From the sequence record SRR31156797_6845: a stretch of 20,000 nt of DNA; one strand, 5' to 3'. Positions 18,138-20,000 of the stretch are shown in pieces. The notes below the pieces were generated by a model, which had not been told where the DNA came from, ran no database searches, and saw nothing but the letters and a program-made list of their open reading frames with translations. Positions within the stretch are counted from its first letter, which is position 1. Every line of letters begins with the position of its first letter. Position numbers and translations under genes: made by a program.

Positions 18138-18276
18138 GCTGCAGCCCCCCTACAGCTCCGTCTCCCTTCCGGCCACTTATTACAACATGATATCTCTTTC
18201 CCACCATATCCAAGTAAAGCCCTTGTCTTAGTATTACTTTTTAAAGATCTCTTTAACACTTTCTTAACATTCCGAC

Positions 18277-18305
18277 TTGACTTGCTCATTTCATCCCCCG
18301 ATAAT
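18277..18305 (+). promoter_or_regulatory. Candidate sigma70 promoter for the chemoreceptor
   Basis: TTGACT (18277-18282) - 17 bp - GATAAT (18300-18305). Confidence 0.55.
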
Positions 18306-18392
18306 GATAGTAATTAATTACTAGCTCCTCCATTTCAGGAAAACTGAATTGGCTATGGGCGAACATACAATTCATGAATACAAGAGGTATAA

Positions 18393-20000
18393 ATGAAAAA
18401 TCTTAACATCGGAGTAAAACTGGTTGGAGGTTTTATCCTTACTGCGATAATTGTACTGGTTGTTGGCTTATTGGCAATGCAGCAGCAGAATAAACTTCAT
18501 GAGGAGAGCGAAGCGCTGACAGAAGACGCCTTGCCCGCAGTACAAAACATGTTGATCATCAAAAGTGAAGCCAACTATATTGCCGCCCTCATGCGAACAT
18601 TGCTCACTCCTTATGCCACCAAGGAACAGAGAAAATCAGTTCACCAGGGGCTCCTTGATTCAAGAAAAATTTATGGTGCTGCCAAAAATAAATTTATGGA
18701 GTTGGCTTTTTTTCCAACTGTAGAAACTGACTGGAAAAATTTTGGCGACCATATAGGCAAATGGGTTGCTGCCAATAACCAGGCAGTCAAATACTCTGAA
18801 GAACTTATTGAAAGGGACTTAACCAATCCCTCCCTGTTGAATAAGCACATGCAACAATTCGAGATTGCTCACCTGACTCTGCTGGAAGATATCAGCAAAC
18901 TCATTAACCAGAACGCTTCCTTTGCAGGTGGCACGGATGAGAATGCCTGTACACTCGGTAAATGGCTCAATAACATGGACACCACCAACCCGGAACTGGT
19001 TGCCCTTGCCTCAAAACTCAAACCGGTTCACGCCAAGCTTCACCAGGCTACCACCAAAATCAAGCAGTTTGTAGCCAATGGGCAGATCCTGCAGGCCCAA
19101 GAAACGTTGAACGATGTTTTATACCCTGCATCAGAAGAGGTTTTTTCCATTGTCCATGAAATGAGCGCTATTGTAGAAACGGCCTATGAAGCTTTCTCTG
19201 AAATGAACAATCTGCTGCTTGTAGAGGCTGCCACCCACCAACAAAACACCTTTGACGCTATTGATACCATTGTCAATAAAGCTGTGGAAAGCTCCCATGC
19301 GGTTGCAGAGGAAGCTGAATCTGTTGCCAAAACTGCACGGACTATCAATCTTCTTGGCATAGCCATTGGTATTACCCTTGCTCTGGCTCTTGGATTTTAC
19401 CTTACCATTATTATCACCAAACCACTGTCTAAAGGGGTTGAACTTTCCAAGGCCATGGCTGATGGTGATATGACGAAAACCATGGACGTGGACCAGAAAG
19501 ATGAGATTGGTGTTCTGGCAAAATCCTTAAATAACATGGCATCCAATTTGCGCTCCATTATTACCGACGTCAACAAAGGTGTATCAAGTGTTGATGAATC
19601 CTCCTCCCAATTGGCAGCAATTGCCAACCAAATGTCTGGTGGGGCCGAGGATACAGCCAACAGGTCCAACCAGGTAGCAGCGGCAGCCGAAGAGATGAGT
19701 GCTAACCAGGACTCTGTAGCCGCAGCTATGGAACAGGCGTCAGTCAATATCAACATGGTTGCCTCAGCCGCAGAAGAGATGAACGCTACCATCTCTGAAA
19801 TAGCTCAAAACTCAAGTCGTGCCAAAGAGATCACCACGCAGGCAGTTGATCAGTCTGAAAAGGCTTCTGACCGAGTTGATGAGCTGGGCAAGGCAGCAAA
19901 CGAAATCACCAAGGTTACCGAAGCTATTACCGAGATTTCCGAACAAACCAATTTGCTTGCACTCAATGCTACCATTGAGGCGGCCAGGGCAGGTGAAGCA
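18393..20000 (+). CDS. Methyl-accepting chemotaxis protein (3' truncated by window) with CZB-like motif in the extracytoplasmic region
   Basis: Absent from the ORF track because it has no stop in the window. Manual translation from ATG 18393 (GAGG RBS): MKNLNIGVKLVGGFILTAIIVLVVGLLAM (TM1), TM2 at about aa 318-341, HAMP (ITKPL...ADGDMT...KDEIGVLAKSLNNM), and signalling tip ISEQTNLLALNATIEAARAGEA at the window end. Confidence 0.93.
   Translation, partial: MKNLNIGVKLVGGFILTAIIVLVVGLLAMQQQNKLHEESEALTEDALPAVQNMLIIKSEANYIAALMRTLLTPYATKEQRKSVHQGLLDSRKIYGAAKNKFMELAFFPTVETDWKNFGDHIGKWVAANNQAVKYSEELIERDLTNPSLLNKHMQQFEIAHLTLLEDISKLINQNASFAGGTDENACTLGKWLNNMDTTNPELVALASKLKPVHAKLHQATTKIKQFVANGQILQAQETLNDVLYPASEEVFSIVHEMSAIVETAYEAFSEMNNLLLVEAATHQQNTFDAIDTIVNKAVESSHAVAEEAESVAKTARTINLLGIAIGITLALALGFYLTIIITKPLSKGVELSKAMADGDMTKTMDVDQKDEIGVLAKSLNNMASNLRSIITDVNKGVSSVDESSSQLAAIANQMSGGAEDTANRSNQVAAAAEEMSANQDSVAAAMEQASVNINMVASAAEEMNATISEIAQNSSRAKEITTQAVDQSEKASDRVDELGKAANEITKVTEAITEISEQTNLLALNATIEAARAGEA

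Noticed and set aside
18280..18380. sigma28 promoter (CCGATAAT) or c-di-GMP riboswitch before the chemoreceptor
   Set aside because: No TAAA at the correct spacing, and a sigma70 pair fits better. The leader lacks the GEMM-I GCAAAC...GAAA...GACGCAAAG pattern.
19184..19792. Minus-strand ORFs of 60 and 131 aa
   Set aside because: Antisense shadows of the chemoreceptor gene on the plus strand.

Overview
Core-genome window, most consistent with a sulfate-reducing or sulfur-cycling Desulfobacterota member (inferred from the tetraheme cytochrome c3, System II heme maturation genes and gene content; not database-checked). Plus strand: Fe-S protein, aroK, a GlcD/GlcF-type 2-hydroxy-acid dehydrogenase pair, resB-ccsB and cytochrome c3. 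A perfect 23-bp bidirectional terminator separates these from a long minus-strand block: purA | rpoZ-dnaJ-moaC-dksA-galT-response regulator-folE2-like | glyS. After that come ygbA, tatB-tatC and a chemoreceptor running off the end (missed by the ORF track). I found no mobile elements, CRISPR arrays, tRNA/rRNA genes or defence systems, and no obvious new multi-gene system. The best leads are: (1) an in-frame FolE2 homolog that has lost its catalytic motifs; (2) a chemoreceptor with a complete His3-Cys CZB zinc site between its two TM helices, so apparently periplasmic; (3) a terminator-like hairpin in the very short purA leader; (4) a perfect Fnr/HcpR-type box at class II position before ygbA; (5) glyS standing alone without glyQ. 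All assignments come from motif recognition by eye.
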